From an uncultured Aliarcobacter sp. (GTDB lineage: Bacteria; Campylobacterota; Campylobacteria; Campylobacterales; Arcobacteraceae): DNA of 64,000 nt. The DNA lies in assembly GCA_963664305.2 (NCBI GenBank), contig CAXXLV010000002.1:544001-608000 (forward strand), written 5' to 3'. The position numbers and the translations under genes are program-made. The notes under the pieces were generated by a model. The model ran no database searches. It had not been told where the DNA came from and saw only the letters and a list, made by a program, of their open reading frames with translations. Below are positions 53,051 through 63,129 of this stretch, in pieces. The first letter of the stretch is position 1, and the number at the start of each line of letters is the position of its first letter.

Positions 53051-54262
53051 TTACTTATCCAGCTCATATGCATCATGTAAAGCACGAACTGCTAATTCTG
53101 CATATTTTAAATCAATTATCATAGAGATTTTAATTTCACTTGTAGAAATAATTCTAATATTGATATTTTCATTTGCCATTGCTGTAAATGCTTTTGATGC
53201 AACTCCTGTATGAGATTTCATACCAACACCAACAATAGATACTTTACAAATAGATTCGTTGTAATCTATATTTTTAGCTTGAGGCTTAAATTGTTCCATA
53301 ACTTTTTTACAAATTTCAAAATCAGTAGTTGGAATTGTAAAGTCTAAATCAGTAGTACCATCTAATCCTCTTGTTTGAACAATCATATCAACATTGATAT
53401 TTGCATCAGCAAGAGCTGTAAAAATAGCAGAAGCAATACCAGGTTTATCAGTTACTCCATACATTCCTACTCTAATTTGGTTTTTATCTAAAGCAATTCC
53501 ACTAACAATTGGTTTTTCCATTATATTTTCTTCCTTTGTGATTAATGTACCATCAACTTCTGGCGTAAAGCTGCTTCTTGATACTAAATTTACATTTAAT
53601 TTTTTCGCCATTTCAACAGATCTGTTTTGTAATACTTTTGCACCTAAACTTGCTAATTCTAACATCTCATCATAAGAGATTTTTTCAAGTTTTTTTGCTT
53701 TTGGTTCAATTCTTGGATCTGTTGTATAAATACCATCAACATCAGTATAAATTTCACAAACATCAGCTTCAATAGCTCCAGCAATTGCAACAGCAGTTAA
53801 ATCACTTCCACCTCTACCTAAAGTTGAAACTCTTAAAGTATCTTGTGCAACACCTTGAAAACCTGCAACAATAATGATATTTCCTTCAGTTATTGCTTTT
53901 TTCATTTCTGTTGTGTCAATAGATTCAATTCTTGCTTTTGTATGAGCATTATCAGTGATAATTCCAGCTTGTCTTCCACTCATAGACATTGCTTTATATC
54001 CCATTTCATTTAAAGCAATAGATAAAAGTGCAGAAGTAACTCTTTCTCCTGAACTTAAAAGCATATCAATTTCATCTAACTTAGGAGTTTTAGAGTAATA
54101 TTCAGCATATTCAATTAATTTATTAGTTTCTCCACTCATAGCCGAAACAACAGCAATTACATCATGCCCTTCATCTTTTATTTTTTTGATGATATTTGCA
54201 ACATTTTGTATTCTATCAAGTGTACCAACACTTGTTCCACCAAACTTAAGTACTTTTAACAT
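53051..54262 (-). CDS. lysC: Aspartate kinase
   Basis: KFGGTSVG, VVSAM, TLGRGGSD, two ACT domains. Confidence 0.97.
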   Translation of the reverse strand: MLKVLKFGGTSVGTLDRIQNVANIIKKIKDEGHDVIAVVSAMSGETNKLIEYAEYYSKTPKLDEIDMLLSSGERVTSALLSIALNEMGYKAMSMSGRQAGIITDNAHTKARIESIDTTEMKKAITEGNIIIVAGFQGVAQDTLRVSTLGRGGSDLTAVAIAGAIEADVCEIYTDVDGIYTTDPRIEPKAKKLEKISYDEMLELASLGAKVLQNRSVEMAKKLNVNLVSRSSFTPEVDGTLITKEENIMEKPIVSGIALDKNQIRVGMYGVTDKPGIASAIFTALADANINVDMIVQTRGLDGTTDLDFTIPTTDFEICKKVMEQFKPQAKNIDYNESICKVSIVGVGMKSHTGVASKAFTAMANENINIRIISTSEIKISMIIDLKYAELAVRALHDAYELDK

Positions 54263-54279
54263 TTAATTTTTTATCCTTT

Positions 54280-54777
54280 TTAAATATAACCTTCATTCTT
54301 AAAATATTTCAAAACTTGTTTATAAACAGTTCTTTTGAAAAAAGTTATATATTCATAAATATTTTTAGTAGGCACAAATTTATATTCGCTAAATTCAGGA
54401 ATTTCTGTATTAATATTTATTTTAGCGCCTTTTTTTAATTTCACTAGATAATATTTTTGTCTTTGTCCATCATAAGGATACATCCTTTTTGCAATTGCAG
54501 GAGGAAATTCATATGAAACCCAAGTAGGGTACTCTGCAATAATCTCAACATCTCTAGTTCCAATTTCTTCTTCAAGTTCCCTAAATAATGCTTCTTTTGA
54601 TGACTCACCATCATCAATTCCTCCTTGAGGAAATTGCCAAGCATTTTCTACATCAGTTCTTGAAGCAATAAATATTTCGCATTTATGAGGATATTTTGCT
54701 GATAGTACAATTGCGGCAACATTAGGTCTAAACTTTTTTTTCTCGTGGTTAATTGTATTTTCTCTTTTATCAGTCAT
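54280..54777 (-). CDS. rppH: RNA pyrophosphohydrolase
   Basis: RPNV, WQFPQGG..Nudix box RELEEEIG, GQRQ. Confidence 0.95.
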   Translation of the reverse strand: MTDKRENTINHEKKKFRPNVAAIVLSAKYPHKCEIFIASRTDVENAWQFPQGGIDDGESSKEALFRELEEEIGTRDVEIIAEYPTWVSYEFPPAIAKRMYPYDGQRQKYYLVKLKKGAKININTEIPEFSEYKFVPTKNIYEYITFFKRTVYKQVLKYFKNEGYI

Positions 54778-54832
54778 AAATATATTTTCCCTTATAATTA
54801 GCCAGATATTTTACAAAAACTAGGATTAAAAA

Positions 54833-55900
54833 TTGCTTTTATATATACACATTCCCTTCTGCGATAGTAAATGTTTTTACTGCGCTTTTAACTCATATAC
54901 TGATAGATTTTACCTAAAACAGGAATATATGAAGGCATTAAAAAAACAATTAAAATATAATTTAGATAATTATGTTTTAAAAAGAGATAAAAAAATTGAA
55001 ACAGTTTTTATAGGAGGAGGAACTCCTTCAACTATAAAAGCTTTTGAATATGAAGAAATTTTTTCGATGATAAAACCTTTTTTAACAGAATTTGCAGAAA
55101 TTACAACTGAAGCAAATCCTAATTCAGCATCTTTTGAATGGCTACAAAATATGAAAGATTTTGGAGTAAATCGTGTTAGCTTTGGAGTACAAAGTTTTGA
55201 AAATAATAAGCTTAAATTTCTAGGTCGTTCACATAATAGTAATAGTGCTATAAAAGCTATACAAAATGCAAATAGTATAGGTTTTAAAGGTATTAACTGT
55301 GATATAATTTATGGTGTTCAAGGAGACACGATAGAGAGTATAAAAAGTGATTTAGATGTTGCTTTTTCTCTTCCGATTACACATTTAAGTGCATATTCTC
55401 TTACTATTGAAGAAGGAACAAAGTTTTTTGATAGAAGTAGTGTAAAAATTGATGATGAAGAGTTGTCTTATGAGATATTTGATTATATTTCAAAAAAAGG
55501 TTTCAGTCAATATGAAATTTCAAATTTTGCAAAAAACAAAGAATCAGAATCAAAACATAATTATGGTTATTGGCAACATAAAGAGTATTTAGGAGTTGGT
55601 GCTGGAGCTGTTGGATATATTAATTCTCAAAGAGAATATCCAAGTAAAAGTATTGAAGAATATATTAATGACCCACTATTTTTTGAAATAGAAAAAATTG
55701 ATGAAGATGATGTAAAAACTGAAAAAATTTTACTTGGATTTAGATGTTCAAATGGAGTAGAATTAGAGCTTTTTAATGAAAAAGAAAAACAAAAAATTGA
55801 TGAATTAATACAATATAATAAGCTTTATATAGAAAATGAAAAAGTTTATAATAAAAACTTTTTGTTAGCTGATGAGTTAGCTTTATACATATTAGATTAA
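54833..55900 (+). CDS. hemW: Radical SAM heme chaperone HemW
   Basis: LYIHIPFCDSKCFYCAFN, GGGTPS, YEISNF, HN..YW. Confidence 0.92.
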   Translation: MLLYIHIPFCDSKCFYCAFNSYTDRFYLKQEYMKALKKQLKYNLDNYVLKRDKKIETVFIGGGTPSTIKAFEYEEIFSMIKPFLTEFAEITTEANPNSASFEWLQNMKDFGVNRVSFGVQSFENNKLKFLGRSHNSNSAIKAIQNANSIGFKGINCDIIYGVQGDTIESIKSDLDVAFSLPITHLSAYSLTIEEGTKFFDRSSVKIDDEELSYEIFDYISKKGFSQYEISNFAKNKESESKHNYGYWQHKEYLGVGAGAVGYINSQREYPSKSIEEYINDPLFFEIEKIDEDDVKTEKILLGFRCSNGVELELFNEKEKQKIDELIQYNKLYIENEKVYNKNFLLADELALYILD

Positions 55901-55953
55901 TCTCTTAATTATTTTTATAATATAATCTAAACTTTTAAAAGGTAAATAAATTA

Positions 55954-56781
55954 ATGACGATAAAAGAAATTGTAAGAAAATATACAAATCAATTAAAATT
56001 AGTAACTCACATTCCTGCAAAAGAAGTTGAAATACTAATTATGCATCTACTAGATAAAAATGCTATTTGGCTTCATTTAAACTACAATCAGGAATTTTCA
56101 AAAGAAAAAGAACTTGAAGTTTTAGTAAAAAAAAGAGCTACAAATTATCCTTTGGAATACATTATAAATAAAGCTTCATTTTATGGTGAGATGTTCATTG
56201 TAAAAGAGGGGGTTTTAATTCCTAGACCTGAAACTGAAATTTTGGTTGAAAATGCTGTTGAAATCTTGAAAGATATTAAAGAGCCTATAAAAGTTTTAGA
56301 GATTGGAACAGGTAGTGGAATAATATCTGTAATGCTAGCTATGTTAATTGAAAATATTAAAATTATTGCAGTTGATATAAATGAAAAAGCATTAACTTTA
56401 GCAAAAGAAAATGCAATAAAACACAATGTTCAAGATAAAATTGAATTTAGGTTGAGTAATTTGTATGAAAATGTAAATGAAGATGATATCTTTCTTACAA
56501 TTTCAAATCCTCCGTACATAGCAGATGATTATAAATTACCTCAAAATGTTAAGTTTGAACCATCAAATGCACTTTTTGGAGGATTAGTTGGGGATGAACT
56601 TTTAAAAGATATTATAAAACAAACTAATGAGAAAAAAATTCCATATTTACTTTGTGAAATGGGATATGACCAAAAAACTCCTTTGGAAAACTATTTCAAA
56701 GAGTTTGAAGTTGAATCTTATAGTTTTTATAAAGATTATGAAAGTTTTGATAGAGGTTTTACTTTAAAATTTAAAAAATGA
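55954..56781 (+). CDS. prmC: Release factor glutamine methyltransferase
   Basis: LIPRPETE, EIGTGSG, SNPPY. Confidence 0.96.
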   Translation: MTIKEIVRKYTNQLKLVTHIPAKEVEILIMHLLDKNAIWLHLNYNQEFSKEKELEVLVKKRATNYPLEYIINKASFYGEMFIVKEGVLIPRPETEILVENAVEILKDIKEPIKVLEIGTGSGIISVMLAMLIENIKIIAVDINEKALTLAKENAIKHNVQDKIEFRLSNLYENVNEDDIFLTISNPPYIADDYKLPQNVKFEPSNALFGGLVGDELLKDIIKQTNEKKIPYLLCEMGYDQKTPLENYFKEFEVESYSFYKDYESFDRGFTLKFKK

Positions 56782-56795
56782 GAAAGGAATAAAAA

Positions 56796-58763
56796 ATGTT
56801 TAAAGAATTTGATTTAAGTAATTTAGAAAATAGTAAAGAATTATTAGAAAAGTTTTTAGATGAAAATAGAAAAAAAGTTGATGAGTTATTAAAGATAGAA
56901 AATAAAACTTATAAAAATTTTGTTTTACCTTTTCAAGAAATAGGGGAGAGTATAAATGATTTTTTAACTCCAATCTTTCATATAGACTCTGTTAAAAATT
57001 CAGAAATAACTACAAAAGTTTATGAAGAGTGTATTCCAGTTATCTCAAAATATGAAACAGAAATTTCTCAAAATGAAAACATATATCTAGCTTTTAAAGA
57101 TATACAGTCTAAAGAAAAAAGTACTTTAAATGATATACAAAATAAAGTTTTAGAAAATGAAATTAGAGACTTTAAACTTTCAGGTTGTCATCTTGAAAAT
57201 GATAAAAAGAAAAGATTAGAAGAAATAAGTCTAAGACTTAGTGAAATTTCTCATAAGTTTTCACAAAATCTTTTAAATGCTACAAAATCTTTTGAAATGA
57301 TAATTGATAATTTTGAAGATGTAAAAGAAATCCCAGCTTCTGACTTAGAATTAGCAAAATTTGAAGAAGAAGGAATTACAAAATATAAATTTACATTACA
57401 AATGCCATCTTATTTAGCATACATTACTTATGGAACATCTAGAGAAAAAAGAGAAGAAATATATAAAGCATATTGTACCAGAGCACCAGAAAATGGAAAA
57501 ATAATAGAAGAACTTTTAGCTTTAAAAGATGAAAAAGTAAAAATCTTAGGTTTTGAAAACTATGCTCAATATTCACTTGCTACAAAAATGGCTTCAAAAG
57601 AAGAAGATGTTGTTTCATTTTTGGAAGAATTAGGAAGTAAAGCTAAAAACAAAGCTAAAGAAGAACTTGAAGAGATAAAAGCTCTTGCTTTAAAAGATGG
57701 AATAACAGATTTTAGATCTAGTGATATGTCATATTATTCTGAGAAATTAAAAAAAGCTCAATATGATTTAGATGAAGAATATTATAGACCATATTTTGAA
57801 CAACAATCAGTTTTAAATGGATTTTTTGATTTTTTACATCAAATGTTTAATATCAAATTTACAAAAGCAAATACTCCTGCTTGGGATGAAAAAGTAAAAG
57901 TATATGATTTAAGTGAAGATGGAAAAATTGTTGCTAGAATTTATATAGATTTAGAAGCTAGAAAAGAGAAGCGTGGTGGTGCATGGATGAATAATTGGCA
58001 TACATACCATAGAAACTCAAATGGTGAGATCAAACTTCCAACAGCATATATTGTAGGAAACTTCCCTCAATCTACAGAAGAAACTCCTTCATTATTAAGA
58101 CATTCAGATGTTGTAACACTTTTCCATGAGATGGGTCATGCATTACATCATCTTTTAAGTAAAATTGAAGAGCCATTTGTTAGTGGAATTTCTGGTGTTG
58201 CTTGGGATACAGTAGAATTTCCATCACAATTCTTAGAATATTTCTCTTATGATAAAGATGTTTTAAAACTTTTTGCAAAACATTATCAAACAGGAGAAGT
58301 TTTAGATGATGCAGCTATTGATAGAATTATAAAAGCTAAAAATTTTCAATCTTCTTTAGCAACTGTAAGACAAGTTGAATTTGCATTGTTTGATTTTAAA
58401 CTACATCAAAAATTATACAAAACTGAAGAAGAGATACAAAATTTATTGGATTCAGTAAGAGAAAAATTCTCAGCAATGATACCTCCAAGATATAATAAAT
58501 TCCAAAATGGTTTTTCTCATATCTTTAGTGGAGGATATTCTGCTGGATATTACTCATATAAATGGGCAGAAGTTTTAAGTGCAGATGCATTTTATATGTT
58601 TATTGATTCAGGAAATATTTTTAACAAAGAGTTAGGAATTAAATATAGAGATACGATTTTAAGCCAAGGTGGTTCGTATGATATGGATAAATTATTTTTC
58701 AATTTTGCACAAAGAGAACCAAGTGTTGATTCTTTATTAAAAATTGATGGAATTATTAGCTAA
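56796..58763 (+). CDS. prlC: M3 family oligopeptidase (oligopeptidase A-like)
   Basis: FHEMGHALH, KRGGAWM, VEFPSQ, YSAGYYSYKWAEVL. Confidence 0.92.
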   Translation: MFKEFDLSNLENSKELLEKFLDENRKKVDELLKIENKTYKNFVLPFQEIGESINDFLTPIFHIDSVKNSEITTKVYEECIPVISKYETEISQNENIYLAFKDIQSKEKSTLNDIQNKVLENEIRDFKLSGCHLENDKKKRLEEISLRLSEISHKFSQNLLNATKSFEMIIDNFEDVKEIPASDLELAKFEEEGITKYKFTLQMPSYLAYITYGTSREKREEIYKAYCTRAPENGKIIEELLALKDEKVKILGFENYAQYSLATKMASKEEDVVSFLEELGSKAKNKAKEELEEIKALALKDGITDFRSSDMSYYSEKLKKAQYDLDEEYYRPYFEQQSVLNGFFDFLHQMFNIKFTKANTPAWDEKVKVYDLSEDGKIVARIYIDLEARKEKRGGAWMNNWHTYHRNSNGEIKLPTAYIVGNFPQSTEETPSLLRHSDVVTLFHEMGHALHHLLSKIEEPFVSGISGVAWDTVEFPSQFLEYFSYDKDVLKLFAKHYQTGEVLDDAAIDRIIKAKNFQSSLATVRQVEFALFDFKLHQKLYKTEEEIQNLLDSVREKFSAMIPPRYNKFQNGFSHIFSGGYSAGYYSYKWAEVLSADAFYMFIDSGNIFNKELGIKYRDTILSQGGSYDMDKLFFNFAQREPSVDSLLKIDGIIS

Positions 58764-58815
58764 ATTTTGTAATAATACGGCTTTTAATAATATATACCAA
58801 CGGGGATTTAATAAC

Positions 58816-59277
58816 ATGACAAACGCAGAAACAATTTCAAAATTAAATAACGCTTTAAGTACTTTAATTAAGGCATATGAAGAACTTCAAGATGAAAATA
58901 ATAATTTGAAAAGTAGAATTAATGAATTAGAAGATGAAGTTTTAGAATTAGAAGCGGCAAAAGAAGATTTAGAGAAAAATGTTGATGAGTTTAAAAATCA
59001 TACTCAAGAAGATAAATCAAATATTAGTTCTATGTTAGGTAAAATAGAAAGTATTTTAAATAGAAAAATTGGTGATTCTACACCTTCAAGTTCAACAGCT
59101 ACAAAAGTTGAAGATAAAAAAGAAGAGGAAGAAGTAAAAGAAGAACCAAATATTTTAAATACAAATCCAAACTCTTTTGAAAATGTATTACAAAAAGAAG
59201 AAGCAAAAGAAGAATCAAATAGTAATAAAATAGATTTAAATAGAATGGCTTCTTTATTAAATGGTTTTAATCATTAA
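58816..59277 (+). CDS. Coiled-coil hypothetical protein
   Basis: Heptad-rich N-terminal half, low-complexity tail; start at MTNAET after GGGGA. Confidence 0.7.
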   Translation: MTNAETISKLNNALSTLIKAYEELQDENNNLKSRINELEDEVLELEAAKEDLEKNVDEFKNHTQEDKSNISSMLGKIESILNRKIGDSTPSSSTATKVEDKKEEEEVKEEPNILNTNPNSFENVLQKEEAKEESNSNKIDLNRMASLLNGFNH

Positions 59278-59294
59278 TAAAAGAATTTGAATTT

Positions 59295-59573
59295 ATGATT
59301 ATTTCTGTAGATAAGGATTCTTTATTTAATATATTTGGAGTTAGTAGTTTCAATTCTTTAGAAAATAAGATTGATTCTATGGCTCCTTCATTAGTAGAGT
59401 ATCATTTATCAAATTTTTACAATTATAACAATGACAATGTATATTTTAACAAACGAGATGTTGAAGAGAGCGTTTCAATTGGAGAATACAATTTGTATTT
59501 TGATTATAATGAGAATATTTATTTAGAAGTTACTGAATCAAACTTAGATGATAATACTCAAACTCTTTGGTAA
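59295..59573 (+). CDS. Acidic hypothetical protein
   Basis: 92-aa ORF. Confidence 0.6.
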   Translation: MIISVDKDSLFNIFGVSSFNSLENKIDSMAPSLVEYHLSNFYNYNNDNVYFNKRDVEESVSIGEYNLYFDYNENIYLEVTESNLDDNTQTLW

Positions 59574-59930
59574 TTAAGAGTTTGATATTATCATATTTTC
59601 AATGCCATTACATAATCCAATATGTGGTAATAAAATAAATTCTAATTCAGGATATTGTTTTTTGAATTTTTTTATTTCACAAGGAATATCTTCTAAAACA
59701 TGTTTTCCTGCAGCTAAAAAATAAGGAAATATTTTTATTTTTTTACAGTTTTTATTTATTGCATTATTTATAGTTATAAATAAAGATGGTTCACTTAGTT
59801 CTAAAAAAGCATGAAAAACATGAAGATTTGTATTTTCATTTGACTCTTTAATTTTTTCTACAATTGTTACGATTTCATCATTTGAACTTTTCATTTTACT
59901 ACCATGAGCTACAATTATTAAAGCTTCCAT
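59574..59930 (-). CDS. CbiX/SirB-type short chelatase
   Basis: AHGS, AFLELSEP, PYFLAAGKHVLEDIP. Confidence 0.9.
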   Translation of the reverse strand: MEALIIVAHGSKMKSSNDEIVTIVEKIKESNENTNLHVFHAFLELSEPSLFITINNAINKNCKKIKIFPYFLAAGKHVLEDIPCEIKKFKKQYPELEFILLPHIGLCNGIENMIISNS

Positions 59931-59983
59931 TCTTCCATCCTTTCTCTTAAATTAAATATTTATTTATATTACAGAAATATTAT

Positions 59984-61036
59984 TTAAAATATCTCTGTAG
60001 TTTTACGTAATCTTTCTTTATCAAAGTGTGTATAAATTCTAGATGTATTAATATCTGCATGACCTAAAGCTTCTTGAACAAGTATTAAATCATGATGTTT
60101 TGCATAAAGTAGGGTTGCAAAACTATGTCTTAACATATGTGCACCATTTTTTTCTTTTCTTATTCCTGCACTTATTAAAATATTTTCAACAATTCTACTT
60201 ATGTATGCTTGAGTTAATCTTTCACCTTTTTGATTACAAACTAACAAATCACTATTACAAACTCGCATATCTAACCAATTTCTTAAATCATTCTCAATAA
60301 TTGAGCTTTTTATCATTACAACTCTTGGTTTATTACCTTTTCCTCTAATTTGAAGTAAATAAATATTGTCTTCTTTGAACATATCTTTAATTTTTAAATT
60401 AAGTATCTCACTAACCCTAATTCCCGTATAAATTATAATTTTTAATATTAATCTATTTCGATAAGAAGTATTATCAGAAAACTCAAAAGTATCAATTGCA
60501 TTTAAAAATCTATCAATTTCATCTTTATTCATAAAAGAGGGTAGTTTTGTGCCACTTTTCCCACTTAAACCTCCCCAATTTTTTAATTCAATTTTAAATA
60601 AATATGAACTTCCATCTTCATTTTGATTTTGTTTATCTATATATGAAAATAGTGATAATAGGGCAATTCTATGGTTTTTTTTAGAGGCATCAGACAATGA
60701 GCTAGTTTCACTAGCTAAAAAATCACTAAGTAATTCTTCATCTATTTCTCTCATTGAAGCAAGTCCAAGAGTTATAATGAAATTGTATAGTTTAAATAGG
60801 GGATTAAAATATGTATTAACTCCTGCTAAACCAATATTTCTAGCTTCTTTGACTATAGTTGCTAATTCATCAATAGATTTACTTCCTTTTACTAATTGTT
60901 GAATTATTGAAGCTAATTTTTCTTTATCTGTAACTTGTCTATTTGATAATGTTGTAAGTTTATTTCTAACAAATCTTTCAATCCAAAATAAAAATGTATC
61001 GTTGAAATTATTCTTAAAATCTAAATCATATCTCAT
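59984..61036 (-). CDS. xerH: Tyrosine recombinase XerH
   Basis: TGIRVSE, GKGNK, HMLRHSFAT, LGHADINTSRIY; long Campylobacterota-type N-terminus; adjacent difH-like site. Confidence 0.92.
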   Translation of the reverse strand: MRYDLDFKNNFNDTFLFWIERFVRNKLTTLSNRQVTDKEKLASIIQQLVKGSKSIDELATIVKEARNIGLAGVNTYFNPLFKLYNFIITLGLASMREIDEELLSDFLASETSSLSDASKKNHRIALLSLFSYIDKQNQNEDGSSYLFKIELKNWGGLSGKSGTKLPSFMNKDEIDRFLNAIDTFEFSDNTSYRNRLILKIIIYTGIRVSEILNLKIKDMFKEDNIYLLQIRGKGNKPRVVMIKSSIIENDLRNWLDMRVCNSDLLVCNQKGERLTQAYISRIVENILISAGIRKEKNGAHMLRHSFATLLYAKHHDLILVQEALGHADINTSRIYTHFDKERLRKTTEIF

Positions 61037-61093
61037 TTTAATCCTAATCAATTAATATATAATGAAAGTATTATATCAGAAGATATATTTATT

Positions 61094-61124
61094 TTAGTTT
61101 GAAAATTATAGTTTTCAATACTAA
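61094..61124. other. difH-like chromosome dimer resolution site
   Basis: Minus strand TTAGTATTGAAAACTATAATTTTCAAACTAA: inverted TTGAAAA/TTTTCAA arms around a 6-bp spacer, matching the Campylobacter difH as I recall it. Confidence 0.85.
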
Positions 61125-61136
61125 TATAAATTTTTA

Positions 61137-61418
61137 TTAATCTAAATTACATCCTTGGTAAATTCCTGAAATAATTCTTGAACAATATCCTGTTAAGATT
61201 GTTTTTCTTTCCATTTTAAAATTAGGATCTGCAATTAATATTATTTCTCCTAAATTAAAATCATTTATTAAAATTTTAATGTATGATTTTGATTTAGTAT
61301 AATCTAAGATTTTTCCTTTTATTGGATAATATCTAAATACTGTAGAACTATCTGCATTTAAACTGAAACTACAAAATGCAAAATAAATAGAAAATAAAAA
61401 AATAAATTTATTAAACAT
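61137..61418 (-). CDS. Small exported hypothetical protein
   Basis: Signal peptide (SLNA), two C-terminal Cys. Confidence 0.6.
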   Translation of the reverse strand: MFNKFIFLFSIYFAFCSFSLNADSSTVFRYYPIKGKILDYTKSKSYIKILINDFNLGEIILIADPNFKMERKTILTGYCSRIISGIYQGCNLD

Positions 61419-61433
61419 TCTATACCTTTCTTT

Positions 61434-62024
61434 TTATTTTGAATTAATTATTAACTTATCAGCCATTTCTTTTAATCTTTTAGCATAGTCTTTTATTAAG
61501 TCATTTGTAGGAATTATTGCTTGCCAATCTAATACTTTTGCTCCAATAGAAATTGATGCTTCTTCCATATACATTCTTGCCATATAAAAACTATGATTCA
61601 TAAAATATTTTGTAGTATTATAGTTTATTAAAATAGAAGTTTTATCTAAAATTGTTTTTCTTGGAGTTGAATGAGTTTGACTATATGGCCAATAATGATA
61701 TGCTATCAACCTACTTTCAACTTTTTCAAATAATCTATTTCTATTAAATAAATCATTTCTATCAGCTACAATTACAAATGCAGTAGCTTCTTCAATTTTG
61801 TCAAGTAAATCATTCATATCATCTTTTATAACGCATTTTGTAGGACTATCACTTTTTATTAAAGTACAACATCTACATTGGGTACATTTAACAATTTTGA
61901 AATCTTTAAATTTTATTCTTTCATTTTTTATATTTAAAGAATCAAAATAATTTATGAGAAAATTTATTATATCTTCAATATTTTTATCTGATTTCTCAGT
62001 GCAATCAATTATTTTTATAAACAT
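61434..62024 (-). CDS. Iron-sulfur flavoprotein / flavodoxin-like protein (divergent)
   Basis: CTQCRCC...KCVIKDDM motif typical of Isf-like proteins. Confidence 0.7.
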   Translation of the reverse strand: MFIKIIDCTEKSDKNIEDIINFLINYFDSLNIKNERIKFKDFKIVKCTQCRCCTLIKSDSPTKCVIKDDMNDLLDKIEEATAFVIVADRNDLFNRNRLFEKVESRLIAYHYWPYSQTHSTPRKTILDKTSILINYNTTKYFMNHSFYMARMYMEEASISIGAKVLDWQAIIPTNDLIKDYAKRLKEMADKLIINSK

Positions 62025-62034
62025 TTAAAAGATA

Positions 62035-63108
62035 TTACCTCTTTTTCCCTCTTGAAAAATCTATAATGTATTCTGCAATTTCATCTAAATGAACGATATC
62101 TTTTACCGCTCCTGCTTGAATTGCTTTCATTGGCATTCCAAAAACTACACAACTCTCTTCATTTTGTGCAACTGTATACGCACCATTATCATGTAATTCT
62201 TTCATTGCAATTGTACCGTCATCACCCATTCCAGTCATCATAACAGCCATCGCAGCTCCACCAACAGCATTATTTACAGATCTAAATAAAACATCCACAC
62301 TTGGTTTATGTTGACTTACTTTTTTTGTATCTAATAATTTTGTTCTATATTCATTTGCATATTTCTCAATTGTAAGATGCATATTTCCTGGTGCTAAATA
62401 AGCGTGCCCTTTTTCTAATACCATTCCATCTTTTGCTTCACACACTTCAACATCAGAATTATCATTTAATCTATGAGCAAAAGAGTTAGAAAATCCATAT
62501 GGAATATGCTGAGTAATTAATATTGGAGGTAAATCTCCTGGAAGTTTTCTAAAAACTCTTAATAATGACTCTACTCCACCTGTTGAAGAACCAATTGCTA
62601 TTAGTCTCATACCTGGAAATTTTGCTGCTCTTAATGGTATTACTTCATCTGGATGAACTTTATATTCTATATTATTTAATATCTTATTACTCTTTTTTAA
62701 AGCAGGTGGCTTTTTTAGAGTATATCTTTTTAATAAGAATGTCAAATTTAAAAGAGTATCTTTTATTCTATCTGAAAATGAGTTCATTGATTCACCAGTA
62801 TCAGGTTTTGGAATAAACCCTACTGCACCATCATCAAAAATATCATTTCCTCTTACACTTTCTCCTGATATTACAACTGCTGGCATTGGATGTAATCTCA
62901 TTAAGTTTCTTAAAAATGTAACTCCATCCATTTTAGGCATATTAATATCAATAGTTACTAAATCAGGCTCATATTCTTTGATTTTTTCTCTTGCATCATA
63001 GGCATCTGTTGCAACACCTATAACTTCAAATTCATCTATAGAATTAATCATATCTTTTATGATTCTTCTCATAGAAGGTGAGTCATCTATAACTAATACT
63101 GTATACAC
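62035..63108 (-). CDS. cheB: Chemotaxis methylesterase CheB
   Basis: Receiver plus IGSSTGG, QHIP, TGMGDDG, VVFGMP. Confidence 0.97.
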   Translation of the reverse strand: MYTVLVIDDSPSMRRIIKDMINSIDEFEVIGVATDAYDAREKIKEYEPDLVTIDINMPKMDGVTFLRNLMRLHPMPAVVISGESVRGNDIFDDGAVGFIPKPDTGESMNSFSDRIKDTLLNLTFLLKRYTLKKPPALKKSNKILNNIEYKVHPDEVIPLRAAKFPGMRLIAIGSSTGGVESLLRVFRKLPGDLPPILITQHIPYGFSNSFAHRLNDNSDVEVCEAKDGMVLEKGHAYLAPGNMHLTIEKYANEYRTKLLDTKKVSQHKPSVDVLFRSVNNAVGGAAMAVMMTGMGDDGTIAMKELHDNGAYTVAQNEESCVVFGMPMKAIQAGAVKDIVHLDEIAEYIIDFSRGKKR

Positions 63109-63129
63109 TTATAACATCCTACCCTATTT

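Noticed and set aside
59984..61036. Tyrosine recombinase as a prophage or island integrase
   Set aside because: It has XerH-type features and an adjacent difH-like site, with no phage or cargo genes
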